From contig CM022671.1 of assembly GCA_012295275.1 (NCBI GenBank), positions 10,602,001-10,666,000 on the forward strand: 64,000 nucleotides of DNA, in the 5' to 3' direction. A program made the position numbers and the translations under genes. Within the stretch, counting starts at the first letter, position 1. Every line of letters begins with the position of its first letter. Below are positions 38,150 to 50,835 of this stretch, in pieces. Under the pieces are notes generated by a model, which was not told where the DNA came from, did no database searches, and saw only the letters and a program-made list of their open reading frames with translations. Source of the DNA: Chrysomallon squamiferum (lineage: Eukaryota; Animalia; Mollusca).

Positions 38150-39346
38150 CTAAACTTGAAGGCAGAGATGTTCGAGTAGTACAAGATGATGAGGAGAGAA
38201 CTGATCATCATGAACATCATGATAACCAGTGAATAAGTAAGAGCCATCCTCTGTAGAACATAATGAAAAACAAATATATATACACACACACAAACACATT
38301 ATTATTATTATATAAATGCTGTAATAAAAATTATACCTTTAAAAAAGAATGAGCTAGTGATGCCATCAAAACTTGGGTGGACAGAATGACGGATAAGATC
38401 AGTTAACTTGTCATTGAAAATGCAAGGAATATTCTACCAAATCAAGCCTTATCATATATTAATTTTGGATTTTTATATTTTATTCTCATTTTATTTATTT
38501 TATTTGTTTATTTATTTTCGTTACGCGTTTTTTCCTGTCTTCTGGAAGGTACATCTTTCGGTTGTCATTTCTTATTTAATTTTATTGGATTTGATTACAC
38601 ACATAACTAACCTTTTATATTTTATTCCAGAACTTAAAGTTATATGAACACCAAATTTTGCTAATAATGTAAGTATGTGAAATCATCATTGAAAATAAAA
38701 TTTGAGTCATTCTTGTACTCCCAAATCAGCAGTTTTTCAGAAAACTTCATTTTAGTTACAAACTTGTTCAGGAGTACAAACAAAAGGTTAGGAAATCTGT
38801 AAAAGGTGACATACTTACTTGAAATACGACAGCTTATGTAGTATTCTTCTCTGTCAATAACAGCATTCCAAATCACACTTCTGTTTTGTTTACCAATTAC
38901 AACTGTTGAACCGGGTGCCTTTAGTCTGTCCAAATTAGGAATAATAGTTTTACATGATCCATCAATGGATTTAAAGAAGCTGTTATCCAAATCCACACCC
39001 GCATTACCTTTAAAATAAAACATCTTAAACTATTGCTAAATTCTGAGGATATTTTTAAAAAATGAAATGAAATAAACATGCAAAAATAAATGTAACTATG
39101 TAAATATATGCTTAACAACTATTAGTGTTCAGTAGGTTGCAAATATATTTTCTGTTACCAAATCAGAAATATTACCAATGTGATAATATTGGTTGTCAAC
39201 TCCACTTTGTGTTAGCTCCTCTGAAAATTGGTTATATTCTTCAGATGTAAAAAATGTAGTCAAATGACCTCCTTGAATAAGACACTGAGCCTGTCCCTTT
39301 TCAAAAGTGAACTTTTCTTTATACACTCTAAAGTAAACTGAATAAT
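38150..39346 (-). CDS. Partial divergent C-type lectin domain gene (exons 39346-39176, 39007-38819, 38250-38150); possibly a pseudogene
   Basis: Phase-1 GT-AG exons: YFRVYKEKFTFEKGQAQCLIQGGHLTTFFTSEEY..YYHIG | NAG..FKSIDGS..IWNAVIDREEYYISCRIS | DGSYLFTG..*. No start or signal-peptide exon seen. Confidence 0.7.
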
Positions 39347-39871
39347 CTGCAAAAGAAACAGAAACAACCTGTTCTTACATGCAAAAATAAACATTCATTC
39401 ATTTGCTTATATTAACCTTTCAAGAATTTTTACAAAATTATCAAACAATACATTCTCCATTTCTACAAATAACTTTTGGTGCCATAAATAATTTTACATT
39501 ATAATCAATTTAAAAAGATTTTACAGATAAAAATGATTATTAACGATAAATAAAAAAATGTGATAACATATTTGCATTAACCTTTTATACACTTAAATCC
39601 ATCACGCCACAATCTAGATCCTTTGAAACAAGTGCAGACTGCAATTTCATTTTTCATTGTGCATTGATGCTTATATTATTTATCACTAATATCATTAACA
39701 TCTTCAAATAGTCAAATAGAGAGTGACAGCAGTGTTTAAATATAACTAATAGAAAATAATAACAAAATAAAGAAATAAAATTGTGATGTTAAAAATGAAT
39801 AAATATAAACTAATACATCAAAATCTGAAACACAAATGACAGAATGAAAACATTTGATGCAGGTTCTTTTA

Positions 39872-40010
39872 TATGATCCATCAATGGATTTAAAAAAGCT
39901 GTTATCCAAATCCACACCCGCATAACCTTTAAAATAAAACATCTTATATTATTTTTTAATTCTGAGGTATTTTTTAAAAATGAAATGAAATAAACATGTA
40001 AAAATAAATG
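39872..40010 (-). repeat. Truncated duplicate of the lectin exon 5' end plus its upstream intron
   Basis: Matches 38953-39092 (GYAGVDLDNSFFKSIDGS vs GNAGVDLDNSFFKSIDGS) and retains the AG acceptor. Confidence 0.9.
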
Positions 40011-40049
40011 TTTCATGTTATTTTGATTTGATTTTCCATACACTTGATA

Positions 40050-41075
40050 TCAATATCTAATTTGGGTTGTTTTCATAGACTGTCTAATATTTGTTAACAG
40101 TATCAGGATGTGTTTGTTGGATTGTGTATATGTTGAATAATTATCTGTCACTTTGTTGTATTATCTACACACTTGTTTACAGCACATGATTCATGTTTTC
40201 TCTTTCAATACACTGGATAACACAATCTGATGAGGTTGTTTTGTTAGACGCAATATCTGTTTTAGTTTGTTTTACATGATTATATACACTTGACAGCAAT
40301 GTGTGATTTTGGTGTTCATAGATCAATTACAAACTGTACAACTATCTAATCTGGATAGTTTTTAGATAATCCACAATACTTATAACAGTACGTAATTTAG
40401 ATTGATTGTTTTGCTGGAATATCTAGATACTAGATAACAGTTTCTGATTCAGATTAATATCATAGATTATTTACAAAATGGATGATAATACCTGCTTTAG
40501 CTTTTTTTTGTTGTTTTATCTGCAACTTTACTAAGAATATCTAATTCAGGTCATTTTCTTGGATTATCTTCAAATGATAACATTGGTTTCATGTTCTTTT
40601 CTTAGATTATCTATAAACTGTTCAACAGTATATAATTTAAATTGATTATATGTTTTCTTAAATGATCTACATGTCATAATAGTATCTTCTAATCAGGTTG
40701 TTTTGATGATTTATCACACTTCAAAGCAATGTCTGTTTGAACTGACTTTCTCTTGATTAGACTGTACATCAGTAACTGATTCAGGTTCGCACACTGGACA
40801 TTATTTTGTTTCGTTGGATATTCTCCACATCATACAAAATATCTAACTTGGGTTACTTTGCTAGTTCATAGCAATGTTTGATTTAGGCTGATGTTTCTGA
40901 CATTATGTATAAATTTGATTTAGGCAGCTTTCATCAGTTATCTACAAACTGTTTAGCAATACCTAATTTTAGGTGATTTTTCTCAGACATTCCACTCAAG
41001 ATGCAGCAGGTGATTATTTTGTTATCTGTACACAACATAACAGAATCAGATTCAGACTGTTGTCAGATTATCTTC
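40050..41075 (-). repeat. Degenerate ~45-bp-period satellite-like array (gattatctaca..aacagtatctgattcagg)
   Basis: Many decayed copies; reverse complement of the 17655-18245 family. Confidence 0.6.
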
Positions 41076-41110
41076 AAAACAAATAAAAAAAACAAAAAGT
41101 AAAATCCATC

Positions 41111-42299
41111 AAAGATCCATATTGTATGAAGAGTCTTTCAAAGAAGACAATAATTTATAATTAACAGCAATATATTTTTTAATGGATGAAATATGGTAAC
41201 TTTAAATGATTATTCTACATGTATTTAGATGAAACAGCCCTGATTACTGAAAAAAAAATGCAGAAAAAAGTAAACACTCCAGATTTATAGAACCTCTTTA
41301 ACAGAACATTTATACATCTTTTTTCCTTTCTTGTTAATGGACATGAAAATGTCTAGCAATATATTCATGATTTTCTTTCTAAATAAATTGGTCTAAGAGA
41401 AATAACTTTTACATTCAAATATCACTAATGGGAGAAGTATCTATATAATGCACAAGTTAATAAAGAAAAAACGATAAAAATAATAAGAATAAACTAAAAA
41501 CAACAACAACAACAATAATCAAACAAATGCTAAGTAATAATAGTGATAAATGAAATCTTTACCGTTAGATGTTGTGTATACAATTATTATTTTTAAAATT
41601 AAAAGAATATTTTGATAGCCTATGTTTCTTTTTCTTTTCATGATTTAAGTTGTAAAATAATATGATCTGAAATAATTTAAATATATGATCTATTAGTGTT
41701 AATGCATCAGATTTGGGCTATTTGAAAATAACATTTTAACTTTTGTAAAATACTTTATTTCTTCTTTTAATAGATTGATTGATTATTCTTTGATTGTAAA
41801 TTCCATCCTAAATGTATATTCAAACAAATGTTATTCATTTTTTCTATGATATCTGTCAATATGACTTGAAGATCACCCCAGTACCAGTCATCAATAGAAT
41901 AATCAAGTTTGTTGAACATTGATTGACGTTTCATTCATTACATTTCATGCAATATCATTTATGAATCCCAGAAATTGTTTTAACAACAGACTGATCCAAG
42001 GGTATGACTGTTGTCAAGATTGTCAGTCCTCTTAAAATATTTTATCTATAGACATCAGTGTTTTAGGTGTTTCTTTACTTAACTGACTTTAATGCCAGCA
42101 TATATTCTTTCACAAAACAATGAAACTATTTCAATTGATGTGTCAAATCATAAACACATCATAAACCATTTGTATTTGTTATTTATAAAATTACACTCTG
42201 TAAGCTGAAAATTAATTTGTGCACACATAACTATACTAATAACAACAAACAAGAAATTCAATTAAGCCATTTATTGAAATATTTTCAGTGTAACAGTGT
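41111..42299 (-). repeat. Right arm of the ~1.2 kb inverted duplication (partner 16407-17638)
   Basis: aaagatccatattgtatgaagagtc... through ...attttcagtgtaacagtgt. Confidence 0.93.
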
Positions 42300-43089
42300 A
42301 ATAAATACTGTTATGACATGTATATTCTGTAATCTAAGCCAAGTTTTTACAAAATTTACACTTTATTTTATTGCCCGTAATGCATTTTACATTGTTTCCT
42401 ACAGATGTTAAACAATTTTAATAATTTTAATAATTTATATTTCAAATTTGTATCTTTTTAAAACAATATTTAATTAAATACTAGTACTATTAAACATGCT
42501 ATAAAAAACAAAATGTAAGTTATCAATAAAATCACACATTCTCAATGTAAGTTATCTGAAGATAATTAACAATAAATCATACATTCTCAATAGTTTCAAT
42601 ATGGTTTTGTATAAACCATTTACAGTGAGCAGTGCATAGGTTTATTTTTATATTAAAAATAAAAATGAAAGATATAATACATCTGATGATTTTTCTAAGT
42701 ACAGAAAAAAATTTAAAAAATCAAAATACTGATAATTTTCTTTTAATTGTAAATCATAATAGTTTATAAAAAAAATATTACATAAACCATTCAAATTTAC
42801 TAAGATTGCTTTTGTTTTTAGTTCAATAACAAAATAAATAAATAAATAAAAATTACAAAGAATGTTCATGAGGTATACTAATATAAAACAAATTGTAAAT
42901 GATAATGAAGAAACAAAGATCACACTTATGAATTCATCAACTTTGTTTTATTAAATTTGGTGCAAGTGACATTGATTTTAATAGATCCAAGCTAGACTTC
43001 CAGTAATGGAGAAGACATTGAAAATGAAGTAATAAAAAACAAAATGAGAGAAAAGTGAACTTTTACCATTCTAATAAAAGAAAATAATA

Positions 43090-43139
<50 letters not shown>

Positions 43140-44794
43140 AAATTATAATAAAAATGGCAATGAAATGATAACAAAAAGAAAATTCTTAATATTTTTTAAC
43201 TGTGGTTAACTGTGTGCAGAAAGAGAATACATTAAGTATTATTTTTTCATGTCTACATGTTTGTTTGCATGTGTGTGTATTTTAATAATTTAATGATTCT
43301 AAGATTCTTAGAACATTATTTTTGTAAGTTTGAATTATTAATGCTATTCCACATTTTTCTCTTCTCTTCTTTCTTTTTTCCTAGCTTGTTTCTGTGTCTA
43401 TACATAAACGTTGATGACACTAAGATTTATAGAAATGCTGCTTGGACCTAAAAATGTCCAGTGATTTGGAAAGTTTTCCTTATTGTTCCTTCAGTGAACT
43501 GTTTATACAGAAAAGGATACTGTAACTTGACTTTCAGTAAGAAAAGCAGAGAGAATTTTTGCAGAAGCTGTTCATTTTCTAGTAACAGATGAAGAATATT
43601 CCTAAAGGAATCCAAAAGTGACAGAATTTTGCTGGGACCCATTGGTTTACTAACAGAAAGGTGGAAGGAAAATCATTTAAACTTAAAGAATTGTGTTTCT
43701 GAAAAACTGTAACAGTGAATTAAACCAAGAAGTAATTAAAAGACTTTGTAGTGAAAGTAAAATTTTCCATAGCAACTTTTAGTTCTGAGCAAACAGAATG
43801 TGGCAGTTATCCCGAATTCCCAGAACAGTAAGTTACTGTTGAACAATATCAATGAAAGAACGAGCTAAAGAAGGATAATAAAATGATTTTTGAATGATCC
43901 CAGCAAATCAGTGTGGATACATAGAAAGTTAAAACAGAAGATTATTGCAGCAAGATCCTAGAGAACAGCTATAAAACATGACTTCTGTACTGTACTTCAG
44001 TTAGTTAACATCCTGTCATGAATATGGCTTTTTCTTTTTGAGTAGAATTCCATAATTCACTGGTGTGGTATATATCATAAACTATCTATTTTTGAAATCT
44101 GATTTTTAAAAAGTGAAATAAATCTTATCGGAACATACTCAGTGTAATGAAAATGACTCTAAAACTCAGAATCAGACATTGCTGCCCCTTTCAGAAAAAT
44201 AGCGAATACCTAACAGCAGAAAGGAAATGATATCCACTCACTGCATTTGACCAATGAAAACTTGCTATGACAGAAAGGGGCTTAAATTGCAGCTCAGTGT
44301 ACTGAACCACCTAAAGTAGTTAGGAACAAGATAACTCAAGACTTCTAGCTATTATAGGGGTCACTAAAGGTACACAAGAATTACTGTCTTTCCAGAAGCA
44401 ATCATCTTTACAGAATTTCTGTAACACATTTTAGTGAAAAGAAGTAAATAAAATGATCATACAGTTGGGGAACACAAAATGAGAAAGTTGAATGGTAAGA
44501 TCACAGTTTTTGTTATGAAGGACTAAATTATCTTAAACTAAAAGTTTAATAAAATATTACAATTTATAGAATGAATGAACAAAACTTTACTGACGAATCA
44601 GAATGTAATAAGAAAGAGAAAAGTTGACAAACAACTCACAGAACACTGACTGGATTTTGAAATGGCTCAGTCAGAGCATTAAGGAATAAACAGGCTTAAA
44701 TTATCTACTTTAAACTGTGTTCTAGGAAAACAACAGGGCACCACCACTGAATTGCCAGAACACAGAAATGAAATAGAAAAATGAGAAAGATAAC

Positions 44795-44970
44795 AGCGTA
44801 AGACTGATATTTAAAAATACCGTTGCATCAGAAAGAAGATGTATCAACAGTGAACTGACTTTAGAAAGATGATCATTTAACATAACAGTGATTTTAGAAA
44901 GATGGTCAGTTGAGACTGCAGTTTCTTTCAAAAGAAGATAGTCAGTTAACATTCCAGTGAGTTTCAAAAG
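44795..44970. repeat. Degenerate ~33-bp minisatellite
   Basis: agaaagatg.tca.tt.a.a recurs about every 33 nt (44863, 44896; weaker copies on either side). Confidence 0.55.
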
Positions 44971-45545
44971 TGATGCTTTGTAAACTTTAACATACCTTCT
45001 GTTTCTAACCAGTGAGATGAAATTAGATAAAAAATTAACATGTATTCTTGGCTACTTGAATTTTCTATTAAAGATTTATAACGTAAAACAGGAAAGGACA
45101 CAAAACAAAAACCAAAAATCAAAGAGACATCACAAGTGTGAAACTGCCTGTCTGTAATCTATGCTACTAATACATTTTACATTTTAACTTTTTATATTAT
45201 AGGAAATCTGAAATTCAAACCTGAGGGTAATTTATATTTAACAAGTTTCAACAACCATTGTGTATAATGGTAACAGTAAAATTTAAATCTTAAACTTTTC
45301 AGTTATTTTGCAAACTAATCAAAGTTTTAACTCAATGCTGAAGTCATGCTAATTGCTGGTAAATTATTAACATATATATATATATATTTAATTACTAATG
45401 AATGAAATATGGTTACTTTAAAATAATTTTTGATCATTTAATGTTTAAGTATTTAGGAGAAAAAGCTGATATAAAATACAAGCCAGTTTAATTCCTAGAA
45501 ATAAGCACACCAGACAAACTTGTATATAATTAATTGGTTAATAAT

Positions 45546-45576
<31 letters not shown>

Positions 45577-45690
45577 GGGTGAAGAATAAAAATTATATCA
45601 CATGTTTTAAATGTAGCATTGAAAAATAAACACACCAGACGGTTGTATATTTTACTTTAAATAACTAATTATTTGTAATGTACCTTCAGG

Positions 45691-45840
45691 ATCTTATTTT
45701 ACAAATTAAAATAAACCATGGCATAAGTCTTAGCTAAAAACTAGCAGATAAAACAATCTTATTTTACAAATTAAAATAAACCATGGCATAAGTCTTAGCT
45801 AAAAACTAGCAGATAAAACTAAAAACTAGCAGATAAAACA
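45691..45840 (+). repeat. Perfect 65-bp tandem duplication plus an extra 20-bp copy
   Basis: atcttattttacaaattaaaataaaccatggcataagtcttagctaaaaactagcagataaaac at 45691 and 45756. Confidence 0.95.
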
Positions 45841-45950
45841 AAAAGTAAAATGTTTTGATACTGCAGTTGACATGCTTTGATATTATTATTTTTATATTAT
45901 TATCATCATCATTATCATTATCATTATTATTATGGAACTTTCATACAGAT

Positions 45951-46312
45951 ATTGTCTGTATTGAATTGTATTGGAATTTCCGATGCAGCAGGCAAAGTTT
46001 ACGAGTTTTGACACCACGCCAGGGACTCACAATCTTATGGCCTCATTTCAAGCATGCCAGAAGATTGCGTCCTGCTGGATTGGAATTGCAATGCAACACA
46101 ATCCAGAAAATACCCGGAGCACTATTGTCTGTATTGAATTGTATTGGAATTTCCGATGCAGCAGGCAAAGTTTACGAGTTTTGACACCACGCCAGGGACT
46201 CGCAATCTTACAGCCATATTGCATGCATGCCAGAGGATTGCGTCCTGCTGGATTGGAATTGCAATACAACACAATGCAGAAAATACTTTGAACACATAAT
46301 AATAATAATAAC

Positions 46313-46353
<41 letters not shown>

Positions 46354-46563
46354 TAACAATAGCAATAATAATAATAATAGTTATTATTATTATTATAAAT
46401 CTAATCTTCATGAAGATACTTTCTGTATTGAATTGTATTGGAACTTCCAATGCAACAGGCAAAGTTTACGGGTTATGACACCATGCCAGCCACTCGCAAA
46501 CTTTCAGCCATATTTCATGTCCTGCTGCATTGGAATTGTAATACAAACAGATCCAGAAAATAC
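45951..46563. repeat. Three copies of a ~173-bp unit with ~37-bp imperfect inverted arms
   Basis: Units at 45951, 46124 and ~46420; the third is shorter and separated by an (AAT)n/(TTA)n tract. Confidence 0.9.
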
Positions 46564-46853
46564 TCTGAACACATGATCATTTTTTACAAGCTGTTTTAAA
46601 AGTAGCAAGAATTAGCTAAGTAAAATACTTCAAAATGTCATCCAGTACATTATTATTACTGTTATGTTCTCTTAAGGTTATTAATTATTAGAAATAAGCA
46701 CACCAGACAGTTGTATATTTTCATTAACCTGATTATTTGTTATGTAAAATCAGTTACTTATCATTTAAAAAATTAAAATAAACCTTGGCTTAAAACTCAA
46801 CTAAAAACTAGCAGATAAAAGGATAGCCAAACTCTCTTAAGAAGTAGGGCTGG

Positions 46854-47002
46854 GAGACTGACTTTTGTCTGGACTCTCTCCTTTGACCTTTCCGACATGG
46901 TTAGACCTATCAGGAGCTGATACTCCAGCCGGCATAGCTCTCTGGGTCCTCGAGACTCTCAAGCCACCCCACCACAACAAGGTACCAGTCTCATGAGGGT
47001 GG
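46854..47002 (-). ncRNA. RTE-type retrotransposon 5' end fragment; candidate HDV-like ribozyme (non-canonical)
   Basis: GC-rich island. P1 CCACCCU/GGGGUGG, P2 GAGACUGGU/GUCAGUCUC, P3 ACC/GGU with a 7-nt loop UUGUUGU, candidate catalytic C at 46867 in gaCaaaa. Similarity to RTE 5' UTRs is from recall. Confidence 0.6.
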
Positions 47003-50000
47003 ATGAATTAGTAGTGATATACATATTTTTAAAAACATTACTTATGGTTAACAGTACAATGTTTAGAAGCACATTTATGTGAATTTTTACCCTGCTGATT
47101 CTTTGACAGAACTTCTAACTTAATCTATTTTAACCAGCACCAATTAAATAAATAGCTTACAATGAGAGAGAAAAGGCTGTCTAGGTCTTTTTATATATTA
47201 TAATAATAACTTTATTCAAATTAAATCTAGTCACAATATATCAATATTTAATACATGATCAAAACTTTATTGTAATGTTTTATCTAAAATAAAAGTAACA
47301 ATATTAAATTCAATATCTAAAATAATGAAGATGGAATAATCAGAGGAAAGTTATGTCACAGGATGATTTAAATGTATAACTTGATAATTTTCAGAAATAA
47401 GCACACCAGAGACAGATGCCTAGCTAGTTACTGGTAATGTAACATAGGTAATTTATTTATTTATTTATTTATTCATTGAATTAAGGTTAAATGTGACCTT
47501 TGTCTTTTTTAACCAGCATTAAATGTGAATGAAGATTTAAATGATTTTTAATAAAGGTGACAATTGGTGGGAATATATTCAAAAAGGTAAATGGAAACAA
47601 TAAAATCCCAGAAAATATGAATGACTAAGATACAGATGCATTAGTTCTGAAGTTAGTTTATATCTTTTAAATTGGTTTAATGTTAAATGTTATGAAAAAC
47701 CAAGTACAACTTGTACGTTCTTAAGACACGACACAAACTATGTATTTATAACCAAATTGTTTCATCATTTATATATTATAAAGAAATAAAAAATTAACTT
47801 TGCTATAAAAGGGAAAACAATTAATATTTAGTCATTTTTCTTTTTGTAATAATGGCAGTTTGGTAGCTAAAAAGAGTTATATATAGTGACAATAAACATG
47901 AAGATCTACATCATTATACCACTAATATTACTTTTTAGTTATTAGAAACAAGCTCATGAGAGTAAGTTGTATATTTTGAAATTTTGATGTATTTATTTTC
48001 TTTTTTTTAATTATCTTAATTGTCGTTGCTGATGACAAGAAACTACTTCGTTATTTGGCAATATTTTATTTTATGTGCATCTGTCTAGTAAAATGAATTT
48101 AATGTAGAAATTAAATGAAATAAGCTCACCAGACAAAACTGTACATGTTAGCTTATTACCAGTAACTGGTATGATTAGTTGTATTGAGACATAAAAACCA
48201 TCACTCAGTATCACGGCACTGGTCTCAATCTGGGTGGATGCAATTACTCTTAACATTTATTATGTCTTTAAAAGAAGTCATGTGGTAATAATAGTTTTGA
48301 AGCAAATGCAAATATATTTTAAACACAATATAAATGTTGAGCTGCATGTATCACAGCATGATATTTTTTGTTATTCTTTAATTGATTTATTAATTCATTT
48401 GTCTGTTAAACAGAAAAGCTTTGTAAATCAGTATGTTAATCAAAATATTTTATCATACCATTAAATTATATTACAGAAAAATTTAAATATCTCTCAGGCA
48501 GCTACTTTAATTGATTGATGTAATCCCAAAATTTATAGTTATTACAGTTGAATTTTATCTCTAATACTTGTTACTTATTAGGAATAATCACAGGAGACAG
48601 AATTGTAAATTTGAAATGATGACACCTAGTATTTTATTAAAGTTAATTTAGTAATGTTACTGGATCAAATGTAGAATAATTAGAAACAGACATTCTTAAT
48701 TATTTAAAAGATCATAATAAAAAATGAAAACTTGTCCATTTAATTGTTAAAATTATTTACTATTAGTAATACACAAAAGAGTAAAAGACTCCAAGCTCCA
48801 AATTCTACAAAGTGTCTTAAGCAGAAGTTTCCTTTATGAAGATGTGATTTTAACCAACTGATTTAATTTATTCATTTAAACAAAGGTTTTGTGTTTTATG
48901 TTACCTAAACTGAATTTTATAAAAAAATAAACATAACATTAAAATTTATTTTATGAAAATTTTATTTGTATGTTTTAATACGGTATTTGAAAGTATTGTA
49001 GTAACATCAATCAAAGAATAATATGATGAAAATGACAACAGTTAGGGAATATGTCTATAGAATATAAAACATGTACTACACAGTGATTAGATATATTCAC
49101 ATCAGACCAAATTGTGAATTTTAAAGCACTGACATCTCCTGCTATAAAGTGATTATTTTAGTAACAGCAACATTCATTTATTTTGTTTTAATTATCATTT
49201 TTTAACCACTTTAGTATAATAAATATTAAAGAAATGCCTAATTACTAATATTATAATGTGACTATGTTAATGTTAGAAATATTCGTTAATTTGAAACAAA
49301 TGTTTACTTGTTTTATTTTATTTTATTTTATTTTATCCAATCCAATGCAATAAATATTAATTAATCTAGATAATTATTGTTATTGTAACAATTATGGTTA
49401 TTTTAAGATATATTTGTTAACTGAAAGCATTTTTTTTTTGTCCAACACAGTAATATCACTATGAAAGTATAGTAGCTACCATAAATTAAATGTAATAGTG
49501 AAAAATTATATGACAACTTAAATAATAAGAATTGTCAGTATTAACTTTAGTAACTTTAATCAAATGATATTATGACAAAAATGAAATATGAAAAAAAATA
49601 TATATCATGGTAGCATAGAAATCTTAAACTTGTTGGCAATTTGAAATAAGCACATCAGAAAAAGCTGCAAAATTTAAACAATTAACATCTAGTAACATCT
49701 TTTAATATTAAAAAAATATTCATGGAATATATGTATTTTAACCTCTCCAAATCAGTATATATTACATAACCTAGCTCATTACTGAAATTGTAATATTGTT
49801 ATTTTAAAATAGGAAATATTAGTTAATTTGAAGCAAATATTATATGGGGAATTTTACCATTCCAATACAATAATTATGATTACACGGTTTAGGCATGTAA
49901 GATTTCACCAGATAATTATCAGTAATTTAATATGGTTTTTGTCATAAATAAATAAATAAATTTAAAAAATGCAAAACTGAAATACTAAATTCAAAGATTC

Positions 50001-50009
50001 GAAAACCAT

Positions 50010-50835
50010 GCCACCATCATCCTATTCACTGGAGGAAAAGTGTCATATTTACAGATTAGGGATGTTAAATTCTGGCTCTCACCGTTCTATGTGCTTAACA
50101 ATTAGTGCATCATAGTAAGCACTTAATAAGTAAAATGCTAATACTATAAACATACTTATGTTCTAATAGATACTTATCAGACTGAATCTTAATGAGGAGA
50201 CTGGTACTGTACCACAGTTAAAAGTGAAAGCTCTACAATGATCTGTCTGCCCCACAGGAGTAATGAATTTCTTCCAGATTATTCTCTGGTCATTCACTGC
50301 TACTGCACAGACCATCATAGAGAAGAAAGAATTGTGCTGTAATTCTCTGGTGATCTGTCTGCCCTACAGGAACAATAACGTCATTCCAGTTATGTATCAG
50401 TCAGTCACTATTCCTGCCAAGATCATCAAAGAATTAAAATATTTAAGTTTACATTACATAACAGTGCACTAAACAGTTTTTTTAATTTTATTATTGTTTC
50501 TTTTTTCTTATTATTTTTTATCTAGTGCTTCTTAGATACCTCTTGTATGAATGCACAAATGAAATTAACTAGCAAGAAATATGAATCTATGATTTTGATT
50601 GTAGAATTTGATATCAAAATTGAAATTTTAGTAGACATTTTCAAATAAGAACCAGAATTATCAGTAAGTATGACACACATCAATCAGCAGACAGGAGGGT
50701 GGAAACAATCACAATCTAAAATGGTTTGCAAAAGATCAGCAAAACACGATAGTCAAGCATCAGAATTATCAGGGATTAGACTACATTCACAGGACTGTTT
50801 TATCTAGGGTGGTTACACCATTTATGGGGCACAGC
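50010..50835 (+). repeat. ~0.8 kb module duplicated at ~53480-54320 (direct) and ~62075-62905 (inverted)
   Basis: Shared aagtgaaagctct.caatgatctgtctgccccacaggagtaatgaat...cagacaggagggtgga.acaatc. Confidence 0.9.

Noticed and set aside
43430-44720. Purine-rich stretch that might be a retroelement remnant
   Set aside because: No RT, RNase H, integrase or endonuclease motif could be read with confidence.
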